Below, in pieces: positions 18,601-26,561 of a DNA stretch of 26,657 bases; the first letter of the stretch is position 1; each line of letters begins with the position of its first letter. The position numbers and the translations under genes are program-made. This stretch comes from Candidatus Ethanoperedens thermophilum (GTDB lineage Archaea > Halobacteriota > Methanosarcinia > Methanosarcinales > EX4572-44), in contig WNEG01000087.1 of NCBI GenBank assembly GCA_012910725.1, positions 13,917 through 40,573 on the forward strand, given 5' to 3'. The notes beneath the pieces were generated by a model. The model saw only the letters and a program-made list of their open reading frames with translations. It made no database searches and was not told where the DNA came from.

Positions 18601-18733
18601 GTGAGTAGGAATGAATCTTGGTTATGCAGTAATCAAAACATGTGTCTATGATGGTTTTCAAAAACTGGGTAAACTATTTACTATGGGTTCTATTATGTAA
18701 CTATCATTCTACAACATTGATTTAACAGTATTG

Positions 18734-18796
18734 GTCAACAACCCCGGACCTCCACTTCGCAAAGTTTGGGGCATCAACTGGATTGGAGGTCGAGTT
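18734..18796. mobile_element. Possible orphan IS200/IS605 terminus
   Basis: GTCAACAACCCC...GGGGCATC matches the terminal pattern of the IscB and TnpB elements; no associated ORF. Confidence 0.4.
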
Positions 18797-18893
18797 GTAA
18801 TGTACATGTGGATAAAGGTAGAACGGGTGGGTGAGTGTATGTTTGACAGAGGCAATTTGGAATTGTACTACAAAACATGTGCCCTTTAACAAA

Positions 18894-19157
18894 TCAGTCT
18901 TTATACACGCTCTTACGATGTTTGCAGTGAAGCAATATTAGGACATATTCCTGGTCACAAACTTCATACCGTATTCGATAGTTGCCAATCCGGATACGGT
19001 ACTCATTTTCATATCCTTTCAGTTTGATACACCCACGCGGATGTGGATGCTCCTCCAACATCTTGATCTTCTTAATGATTCTGTCATAGACAGCATCCGG
19101 TAGGTCATCTAGTTGCTTCTGTACTGGCTTTGGGATTACAACCCGGTAGTTCATCAA
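18894..19157 (-). CDS. RelE/ParE-family toxin
   Basis: KLKG...YRIRIGNYRIRY...HRKSVY. Confidence 0.88.
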   Translation of the reverse strand: MMNYRVVIPKPVQKQLDDLPDAVYDRIIKKIKMLEEHPHPRGCIKLKGYENEYRIRIGNYRIRYEVCDQEYVLILLHCKHRKSVYKD

Positions 19158-19402
19158 TTTTTCCTGTGCCGCTGAGCGATGTATTCATCGATAGTCACAT
19201 AGTCTCCTGCCTGATATGCAGTGCGAGCTTCTTGAATTTCAGCTTGCACACTCATGTCTTCTTCCCATGTCTTTTCCTCATCATGCGCCATCTGCTCATC
19301 CAGCAGTTCCCAAAGCCGGAATTTGTCCTTCGTATGCAGTTTTGTAATAGATTTAACTAATGATTCGAAAGGTATTAATAATTCTACACTTTCTTGTGCC
19401 AT
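19154..19402 (-). CDS. Putative antitoxin upstream of RelE
   Basis: 82-aa acidic ORF with 4-nt overlap to the relE-like gene. Confidence 0.7.
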   Translation of the reverse strand: MAQESVELLIPFESLVKSITKLHTKDKFRLWELLDEQMAHDEEKTWEEDMSVQAEIQEARTAYQAGDYVTIDEYIAQRHRKN

Positions 19403-19479
19403 AATCTTGCCTTAAAATTGCCATAAAGACTTCTTGACGTACTCCCCGCAATGAAATTGCGAGGAATCTTTAGGAAGAT

Positions 19480-19668
19480 TCATAGAACCCTCAATGGGCT
19501 CGCCATAGCCCAGTTACTGCTACCCGGAGGCTCACAGTTATTATTCTGTTTAATGTTTGCGACACCGTCCACATCTGCATTCATCGACACGCCCTGATCT
19601 GGACATACGTATAATCCTCGGTGTTTTCTACCGTTTTTGTGGATTACTCCGCATAAACAACATGTTTG
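19480..19668 (-). pseudogene. tnpB: 3' remnant of tnpB
   Basis: QTCCLCG..KNGRKHRGLYVC...MNADVDGVANI (Zn finger + RuvC-III), with no start codon. Confidence 0.8.
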
Positions 19669-19674
19669 TTATAC

Positions 19675-19690
19675 TATATAAGCATTTTTG
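19675..19690 (-). promoter_or_regulatory. BRE/TATA-like motif inside the mini-element
   Basis: CAAAAATG-CTTATATA pointing into the tnpB remnant and right end. Confidence 0.5.
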
Positions 19691-19780
19691 CACGTCTGGA
19701 GAGGCGGGGGCGGGCTATCCCCGCTCTAAAGAGCGAGGCTTGCGCTGCCCCCTGCGCCCCCAATACTGTCAACAAGTTTA

Positions 19781-20434
19781 TTAATTAAGATCGACTCGCT
19801 CACCTGTTGCCATGTACACGACGCTCTCACAGATGTTGGTGATGTGATCACCACTGCGTTCAAGGTAGCGTGCTGCAAAGGTCAGGTGTGATGCGTTTTT
19901 TATCTTTGTTGGATCTTCTATCATATAAGTGATAAGTTCCCGGCGTACCTGATCAAAGAGTGCATCAATTTCATCATCTCTTCTTGCAGTTTGTTTTGCA
20001 AGTTCACTATCGCCACTCTCGAATGCTTGCATGACAGAAGTGAGCATTTCACCACAGATATCTGCCATTCTTGGCAAATCTACCAGTGGTTTTATGTGTG
20101 GTTGTTTGATGGTGGATCTGGTTATCCATGCTATTTCAAGGGCAAGATCTCCTATGCGCTCAAGGTCGATAATGATTTTAATGATTGAGCCTATCAGGCG
20201 GAGGTCCTTTGCCATCGGCTGCTGCAATGCAAGGAGGGCAAAGCACGTATCTTCAATCGTTGCATAGAGGTTGTCAATCTCATCGTCTGAGTTAATCACC
20301 TCACCAGCTTCATCAAGATTCTGGTGTTTCAGTGATGCAATTGCTTTTTTGATATTATCTCCTGCCATGTTGCCCATCCTGATCGTATCTTCTTTCAGTT
20401 TTCGCAGTTGTTGGTGATATTTAGTCCGTGTCAT
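19781..20434 (-). CDS. phoU: Phosphate signalling complex protein PhoU
   Basis: QQPMAKDLR, DLERIGD, DDEID, YLERSGDH.TNICE. Start moved to the ATG at 20434, outside the repeat. Confidence 0.95.
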   Translation of the reverse strand: MTRTKYHQQLRKLKEDTIRMGNMAGDNIKKAIASLKHQNLDEAGEVINSDDEIDNLYATIEDTCFALLALQQPMAKDLRLIGSIIKIIIDLERIGDLALEIAWITRSTIKQPHIKPLVDLPRMADICGEMLTSVMQAFESGDSELAKQTARRDDEIDALFDQVRRELITYMIEDPTKIKNASHLTFAARYLERSGDHITNICESVVYMATGERVDLN

Positions 20435-20449
20435 AAGTCTTATCCACAC

Positions 20450-20625
20450 CTGCACAACTTCGTTGTGCAGAACCACACACTCCGTGTGCGGAACTGCATA
20501 CTGCGTATGCAGAAATTAATTCTTGAATAATTCTTGATTGCGAGAAGCACTGCATACTGCGTATGCAGAAATTAATTCTTGAATAATTCTTGATTGCGTT
20601 AGCAATCAAGTGCAGAGCAATCAAG
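20450..20625. repeat. Mosaic palindromic repeat cluster between pstB and phoU
   Basis: A at 20450-20470, C at 20473-20491, B at 20494-20512 and 20550-20568 (56-bp duplication), D at 20589-20610. Confidence 0.92.
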
Positions 20626-20635
20626 ATGTCATGCG

Positions 20636-21400
20636 TTATCCAAACCTTCCTGTTATGTAGTCTTCTGTACTTTTCTCTTTCGGTTTTTTAAAGAGTTTTT
20701 TTGTCTCATCGAATTCTACCAGCTCTCCGTGAAGGAAGAAGGCTGTGTAGTCTGATACCCTTGCTGCCTGCTGCATGTTATGGGTAACTATGATAATGGT
20801 GTAGTGTTCTTTAAGTTTTACCATGAGGTCTTCGATCTTGCTTGTTGAGATTGGATCAAGGGCACTGCATGGTTCATCGAGGAGTATGATGTCTGGCTGC
20901 ACTGCGAGAGTTCTCGCGATGCACAATCGCTGCTGCTGTCCCCCACTCAAGCTTAATGCCGAGCGGTTGATTCGATCACTGACTTCATCCCACAAAGCTG
21001 CATTTTTTAAGCTTTCTTCAACGATTTGTACAAGTCGCTGCTTGTTTTTTTCACCATGTATTCGTGGACCGTATGCGACGTTTTCAAATATCGATGATGG
21101 GAAGGGGTTTGGTTTCTGAAATACCATGCCGACCTTTTTTCGAAGACTCACCACATCTATATCTTTGTGGTTGATATTTTCATGGTCTAGCAGCATTTCA
21201 CCCTCTGTTCTTACCGTTGGTATCAGGTCATTCATTCGGTTAATACATCGTATGAAGCTGGTTTTTCCGCAGCCTGAAGGCCCTATGAGCGCTGTGATTT
21301 TCCTCCTTGGTATATTCAGGTTGATGTTTTTTAGAGCTTGATTGTCTGCATACCACAGATTCAGGTTTTTAACTGATATTTCGATTTCTTCATGGTCCAT
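20636..21400 (-). CDS. pstB: Phosphate ABC transporter ATP-binding protein
   Basis: [41 protein letters not shown]. Confidence 0.97.
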   Translation of the reverse strand: MDHEEIEISVKNLNLWYADNQALKNINLNIPRRKITALIGPSGCGKTSFIRCINRMNDLIPTVRTEGEMLLDHENINHKDIDVVSLRKKVGMVFQKPNPFPSSIFENVAYGPRIHGEKNKQRLVQIVEESLKNAALWDEVSDRINRSALSLSGGQQQRLCIARTLAVQPDIILLDEPCSALDPISTSKIEDLMVKLKEHYTIIIVTHNMQQAARVSDYTAFFLHGELVEFDETKKLFKKPKEKSTEDYITGRFG

Positions 21401-21454
21401 ACGTAGGTCCTCCTTTTGCTCTATCTATATCTATAATTTACGATTTGTTTTTTA

Positions 21455-22312
21455 TTACCCTTGCAGTTTTTTCTGATATTTCCTGCGAAGGATGATTGCT
21501 GCTGCATTCATTGTTAGCAGAACCAAAAGAAGCACGATAATTGCTGCCGATGCAATATTTGCAAATTCTGGTTGAGGTTTACTGATCCAGTTAAATATCT
21601 GTATTGGCATGGCTGTAAAAGGATCAAGGGGCGTTTGCGGGGTGAAGGCTACAAACGTGAGAGCGCCTATCATTATCAATGGTGCGGTCTCTCCGATAGC
21701 TCTTGAAAGCGCAAGGATGTTTCCTGTAAGTATCCATGGCATAGCTGAAGGCAGCACCTGGTACCTGATAGTCTGCCACTTGCTCGCCCCAAGTCCGTAG
21801 GATGCTTCTCGAAGTGATTTTGGTACTGCGCCAAGAGCTTCTTTTGTGGAGATGATAATTATTGGGAGTACCAATAACGAGAGTGTAAGTGCACCTGCTA
21901 TCAGACTTTTTCCAAGTGATAGTCCTCGAACAAAAAGAGCAAGACCAAGGATGCCATAAACGACACTCGGAACGCCAGCCAGATTGAAGATATTAATTTC
22001 TATAATCTTTGTGAGACGTGATCTTGGTGCATATTCCTCCAGGTATATTGCTGCACTCACCCCCATAGGCAGTGCAAGAGCAGCGGTTAGCAATATGAGC
22101 CAGATTGAACCCCAGAGTGCTGATTTTATGCCTGCCCTTTCTGGAAAGCGAGATGGATAGCTGCAAATAAAATCCCAGCTTAACCAGGAAAATCCTTTTA
22201 CAAATATATCAAATAACAGTAAAGCAAGCAGCACGATGCCAGTGATTGTAGAGGCAAAGCAGATAACTGCAAAAAGTTGGTCTTTTCTTTGACGTTTCTG
22301 TTGCAGGTTCAT
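21455..22312 (-). CDS. pstA: Phosphate ABC transporter permease PstA
   Basis: [38 protein letters not shown]. Confidence 0.95.
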   Translation of the reverse strand: MNLQQKRQRKDQLFAVICFASTITGIVLLALLLFDIFVKGFSWLSWDFICSYPSRFPERAGIKSALWGSIWLILLTAALALPMGVSAAIYLEEYAPRSRLTKIIEINIFNLAGVPSVVYGILGLALFVRGLSLGKSLIAGALTLSLLVLPIIIISTKEALGAVPKSLREASYGLGASKWQTIRYQVLPSAMPWILTGNILALSRAIGETAPLIMIGALTFVAFTPQTPLDPFTAMPIQIFNWISKPQPEFANIASAAIIVLLLVLLTMNAAAIILRRKYQKKLQG

Positions 22313-23665
22313 CCTACTTGCGCAAGGAGACCCCGTCCGAAAGGACGGGGAGGAATTGCGCCCTCCATAGAGCTTACATAGTTTCGTGACATAGTTAACA
22401 TCGGTGAGACCTTGAAGACGATACTAATCAACTGTTTGCCATTAACCAGCAAGAAACAGCAGATACGCAATAGCTTCTTTAAAGAATATCTTCGCGTTCT
22501 GAATGCCACACTTAAATCATTGCCTGATGCCAAATCTTCAAACGATTTGCACCACCTAACATACTTCAACATTCGTGAAACCTCCTTTTTGCCTTCTGAT
22601 ATTGTTCAAGAAGCCCGAAAAGATGTGTGGGCTAAACGCAAGACTGTTAATAATAGATTCAAACGGTGTTCTATCCGACTTAACAAGAGATGGTTCAGGT
22701 TTTTTACCACTGATCGAGCAACCCCCAGCTTCAAGATCACCTACGCTCCACACAAAACTTTTACGATACCCATAGCAATTGATGGTGGTTATGATCGATT
22801 CACCTGTTTTCTCGATGATGGCTGGGTTATCAAAACTATATCCCTTCTCGACAGTAAAATTGCTGTCGCCATCGACAAAGATTTCGAAGTTCCTGCTAAC
22901 ATCAGCAGGTATGTCGTAGGAGTTGATGTTGGTTCGACCACTCTCGCAGCGATAACCATTTTCGACACCCTCGAAAACCGTGTTGTCAAACAACTCTACT
23001 TTGGTAGAGATGTTGCCATCAGGCAACGCAGGATTGCGGATCAGCGTGCTTTGCTTCGGAGCAATGTCGACAAAGGTTCTGATCAAGCGAAGAAGAGTCT
23101 TAAACGGCTTGCTAACAAACAATTCAACTTTGTCAAGACCCGTAGTGGTCAAATTGCTAAAGAAATCGTGGAACTCGCGGTTAAACATAGTGCATCCATT
23201 GCCATTGAGAAACTTACTATTAGAAGCAGGAAACACCAATTTAACAAGACGGCTAACCGAAAGATAAACACGATTCCGTATGCACAGCTCAGAGACTTTC
23301 TTATATCGAACTGTGCCGAGTACGGAGTGTATCTTGATCAAGTTGATCCTTACCACACCTCGAAGTGGTGTCCTCACTGCGGTGCAGTGAATAATGGACA
23401 TGCCACATCTAACTACGCTTTGTATAGATGCAAAGAGTGTGGTCTGGTTGTTAATAGCGACAGAAATGCGTCCCTCGTGGTTGCCATCAAATCGGCTCTG
23501 GTGCGGGAAAATTCTCAAGGTCTCACCAACCTTTTTTCCCAGTTTACCAGAGCTAAAGTCCCTGTAAACGGGCTTTTTCGTCCAGATGATAAGTTTTTGA
23601 GTTGTGCTGTGCATGATATCAGTCCTTTGATGGAAAGCCCCTTCCGATAGGGAGGGGTAGTTTAC
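22313..23665 (+). mobile_element. Non-autonomous IS200/IS605 (IS1341-type) element carrying tnpB
   Basis: Follows TTCAT; left-end hairpin CCCCGTCC-GAAA-GGACGGGG; right end ..GGGAGGGGTAGTTTAC. Removing it restores a TAATG pstC/pstA overlap. Confidence 0.92.
22412..23650 (+). CDS. tnpB: TnpB RNA-guided endonuclease
   Basis: RuvC-I GVDVG, RuvC-II IAIEKL, Zn finger CPHC/CKEC, RuvC-III SDRNA; TTG start after GGTGA. Confidence 0.93.
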   Translation: MKTILINCLPLTSKKQQIRNSFFKEYLRVLNATLKSLPDAKSSNDLHHLTYFNIRETSFLPSDIVQEARKDVWAKRKTVNNRFKRCSIRLNKRWFRFFTTDRATPSFKITYAPHKTFTIPIAIDGGYDRFTCFLDDGWVIKTISLLDSKIAVAIDKDFEVPANISRYVVGVDVGSTTLAAITIFDTLENRVVKQLYFGRDVAIRQRRIADQRALLRSNVDKGSDQAKKSLKRLANKQFNFVKTRSGQIAKEIVELAVKHSASIAIEKLTIRSRKHQFNKTANRKINTIPYAQLRDFLISNCAEYGVYLDQVDPYHTSKWCPHCGAVNNGHATSNYALYRCKECGLVVNSDRNASLVVAIKSALVRENSQGLTNLFSQFTRAKVPVNGLFRPDDKFLSCAVHDISPLMESPFR

Positions 23666-23682
23666 TACTCGTATACCTCCCG
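23480..23682 (+). ncRNA. Putative TnpB omegaRNA (reRNA) with guide from flank 23666 onward; 5' boundary approximate
   Basis: Inferred from established TnpB biology (RNA overlaps the ORF 3' end and right end); right-end hairpin seen. Confidence 0.5.
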
Positions 23683-24588
23683 GTAGCGTGATCTTATCCA
23701 CTGACTAACCAGGTTCATCCCAAATGTCATGAGAAATAGTACCATACCTATTGCAAATATGGATTTGTATGCGATACTGCCGGCAGGAGTATCTCCAAGA
23801 CTTACCTGCACAATGTAAGCAGTCATTGTTTGTATGCTTTCAAAGATGTTGAGGGTTATATTTGGTGTGGCGCCTGCTGCAAGTGTTACTGCCATAGTCT
23901 CCCCAACAGCTCTTGAAATTGCAAGGATAAACGATGCAAGGATTCCAGAAAGAGCTGATGGCAAAACAACTCTTGTTGTTACTTCATATTTGGTAGCACC
24001 AAGAGCATAAGCACCCTCCCTGAGTGTGCGTGGCACGCTTCTAATCGCATCTTCACTCAGACTTGACACCATCGGGAGTATCATTATCCCAACCACGATG
24101 CAGGCACTCGCGGCATTAAAGATATCTGTTCCTGGTACCAGTTTTCTGATAATGGGGGTGACAAACATGACCGCAAAGCATCCATAGACTACGGTTGGTA
24201 TGCCAGCAAGCATCTCTATTACTGGTTTAACGATTCCGCGTGTGCGTTCATTTGCATATTCGCTTAAATATATAGCACTCGTAAGCCCTATGGGAAGAGC
24301 AATAATGCTTGATCCTATGGCTATAAGTAATGTACCATTAATAAGTGGCAGCACCCCAAAATAGGATGGCGAGTAGGTTGGTGCCCACCTTGTCCCGGTT
24401 AGAAATTCGATGATACTTACATCTCTAAAAAAGGAAACTGTTTCAGAAAGTAGTACCAGCACAATACCGATTGTAACGAAGATGGATATTAATGCGCATA
24501 CAAAAAGATAGCGTTCGATAATCTTTTCCTTTACAGTATTATAGCTATGCACTGCCACGTTTGCAATCCCTTCAGTTGTTGTGTCCAT
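23665..24588 (-). CDS. pstC: Phosphate ABC transporter permease PstC
   Basis: [36 protein letters not shown]. Confidence 0.95.
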   Translation of the reverse strand: MDTTTEGIANVAVHSYNTVKEKIIERYLFVCALISIFVTIGIVLVLLSETVSFFRDVSIIEFLTGTRWAPTYSPSYFGVLPLINGTLLIAIGSSIIALPIGLTSAIYLSEYANERTRGIVKPVIEMLAGIPTVVYGCFAVMFVTPIIRKLVPGTDIFNAASACIVVGIMILPMVSSLSEDAIRSVPRTLREGAYALGATKYEVTTRVVLPSALSGILASFILAISRAVGETMAVTLAAGATPNITLNIFESIQTMTAYIVQVSLGDTPAGSIAYKSIFAIGMVLFLMTFGMNLVSQWIRSRYREVYE

Positions 24589-24636
24589 GCAGGTAGTACT
24601 TTCAACAGAGATAAAGTTGGTGTTTGTGTTATGTCA

Positions 24637-24974
24637 CTGCATACTGCGTATGCAGAACCACACACTCCGTGTGCGGAAACAACTCTCAGTTGCTGTACAA
24701 CTTCGTTGTGCAGAGATAGCTGGTAACCCCAATTCTTTATTGCTGTACAACTTCGTTGTGCAGAAATTACAAGTAACTCTCGACTACGAAATAGTTGAGT
24801 TGCGCAAAGCAATCGAGTGCAGAAAATTACAAGTAACTCTCGACTACGAAATAGTTGAGTTGCGCAAAGCAATCGAGTGCAGAAAACTACAAGTAACTCT
24901 CGACTACGAAATAGTCGAGTTGCGCAAAGCAATCGAGTGCAGAAAAGTAACTCTTGATTGTGCCAGCAATCAAG
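24637..24974. repeat. Largest mosaic repeat cluster, between ccmC and pstC
   Basis: B at 24637-24655, C at 24658-24676, A at 24693-24713 and 24743-24763, three 60-bp units, D at 24953-24974. Confidence 0.93.
24764..24946. repeat. Three-copy 60-bp tandem repeat
   Basis: Rows 24781, 24841 and 24901 are nearly identical with an exact 60-nt period. Confidence 0.95.
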
Positions 24975-24994
24975 TAGTTGGTGTTTATGTTGGG

Positions 24995-25762
24995 TCATAG
25001 ATTGCCAGTGCACTGCTCTACAAGATTTGCTTGATGCTCTATGCGATCTTTAAGTTTTTCATTATCTATACGTATTAATATCAAGGTTACTGCTAACGTA
25101 ACATACGCTGCAAGGTTTAACAATAGGGGGAATATCACATCTGTGCCATGTATGCCGCCACCACCAATTACCAGCGGATGGTGTGCCCTCCAGAGTCTAA
25201 TCGAAAGAAAACTTAGTGGCACGCCCATAAACCCAACAACCCCAAATACTGCTGATAACCTGGCTCTTTTCTCTGGCTCTTCGATCGCCTGTCGTAACAC
25301 GAGATAAGATAGGTAAATGAGGAATACAACAAGTGAGGTGGTAAGCCTGACATCCCATAACCAGTATACTCCCCATGCGCTTTTTGCCCAGATGGATCCG
25401 CTTATCAGTGTGAGGGCTGCAAATAACACACCAACCTCGGCCGCAGAATATGCTCTAAAGTCCCACAATTGTGCATCGAATTGCTTCTGCAAATTTAGGA
25501 TGGTACGACCGCCAGTCCTAAGATACATAACACTTGATAAAAACATAATAGCAAAGGCGATATATGCGGTCATCGCTATTGGTAAATGAAAATAAAAAAT
25601 TTTAAAACTGCTTTGATAGTCATGCCACTGCTGATCGGTCATAAAATCCCCGCGTTCACCAGGATCAACAGGAACAGGTGCAATAGTAAACACCATGATA
25701 CTGGCATATAGGACTAAAACCAGTGACAAAAATATGAGAAATTTTTTAAACGAGACAGTCAT
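24995..25762 (-). CDS. ccmC: Cytochrome c maturation heme chaperone-loading protein (CcmC/CcsA family)
   Basis: IFYFHLP, WWD-like WGVYWLWDVRLTT, C-terminal RAHHP. Confidence 0.88.
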   Translation of the reverse strand: MTVSFKKFLIFLSLVLVLYASIMVFTIAPVPVDPGERGDFMTDQQWHDYQSSFKIFYFHLPIAMTAYIAFAIMFLSSVMYLRTGGRTILNLQKQFDAQLWDFRAYSAAEVGVLFAALTLISGSIWAKSAWGVYWLWDVRLTTSLVVFLIYLSYLVLRQAIEEPEKRARLSAVFGVVGFMGVPLSFLSIRLWRAHHPLVIGGGGIHGTDVIFPLLLNLAAYVTLAVTLILIRIDNEKLKDRIEHQANLVEQCTGNL

Positions 25763-25928
25763 TTGCGAAAGTCATGGGTTATATTCCATAAAATCCTTTG
25801 CATTTAAACGATAGACGTTGGAAGGGCTATCAAATTAGCTTTAAAAGTTCCGGTTCCTAATTTGATGGACCTCTTTACATACTTATAAACAGAAAATATT
25901 ATATACCATAATTAATGAGTTTTAAGTA

Positions 25929-26561
25929 ATGTTTCGTAAAAAAGATGAGAAAGAATCTGAACACAAAAATCGAAGTAATCTATATTTCTTTATTGGTTTA
26001 GGTGTATTTTTATTAATCACTTTTATAGTAATTGCTCCAACAGAAACACATCACTATGAAGTTGAAGTTTCTTACATCGATACAGAAACATATACTGAAA
26101 AGGAACCTTATGAAACACAAGAATCATATCAAGCACAAGAACCTTATCAAGATGTAGATTATTACACGGATAACGTTCCGGTAGAGGAAAGTGTTCCTTA
26201 CACTGATTACGAAACAGTTGTTTATAATGCCCCACCTGAACAATATTATTCTAGTTGTGGTTCTGATTGCACATGTACTGATTATAGTTGGACTGGAGAT
26301 TGTATTCAATGCACTTGTTCAGTTGCAGTAACTAGATATAAAATTCAAACTGTTTATCAAGAGATCCAAAAAGAAAGACCAGTTACTAAATATAGAACTC
26401 TAACAAAATACCGTACTGTTACTAAATATAGAGATGTCGAAAAAACAAGAGAAGTTATGAAAACTAAAATGGAGCCAAGACAAATGGAAGTAAATTGGAT
26501 ACTTGGCTTTAAAATGCCTTTTAAATTACATTTTCCATATATTTCTAATGAAAATGAATAA
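25929..26561 (+). CDS. Uncharacterised membrane-anchored protein with hexad repeats and a six-Cys motif
   Basis: 210-aa ORF, one N-terminal TM helix, Tyr-periodic hexads, CGSDCTC..CIQCTC. Confidence 0.75.
   Translation: MFRKKDEKESEHKNRSNLYFFIGLGVFLLITFIVIAPTETHHYEVEVSYIDTETYTEKEPYETQESYQAQEPYQDVDYYTDNVPVEESVPYTDYETVVYNAPPEQYYSSCGSDCTCTDYSWTGDCIQCTCSVAVTRYKIQTVYQEIQKERPVTKYRTLTKYRTVTKYRDVEKTREVMKTKMEPRQMEVNWILGFKMPFKLHFPYISNENE

Larger units (their letters stand above)
19434..19767 (-). mobile_element. Internally deleted IS605/IS1341-type mini-element (boundaries approximate)
   Basis: Left-end hairpin CCTCGCTCTTTAGAGCGGGG after TTGAC; right-end hairpin CCTCGCAATTTCATTGCGGGG followed by AGTACGTCAA. 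Confidence 0.7.

Noticed and set aside
22313-23669. AGTAG on both sides of the TnpB element (minus strand) as a target-site duplication
   Set aside because: IS200/IS605 elements make no duplications, and the TTCAT boundary shared with the IscB element plus the restored TAATG overlap explain the junctions better.
22556-23701. 381-aa ORF antisense to tnpB
   Set aside because: Shadow frame of tnpB with no recognisable motifs; the plus strand has the full RuvC and Zn-finger set.
1868-24763. Argument that stem mismatches always form G.T wobbles on the GNA strand
   Set aside because: True for four A copies and both C copies, but the copies at 24693 and 24743 show the opposite, so it is not used as evidence.
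24637-24974. CRISPR array interpretation of the repeat clusters and 60-bp units
   Set aside because: The 60-bp units have no unique spacers, module-A runs have only two copies, the linkers are mostly other modules, and there is no leader or cas gene in the window.
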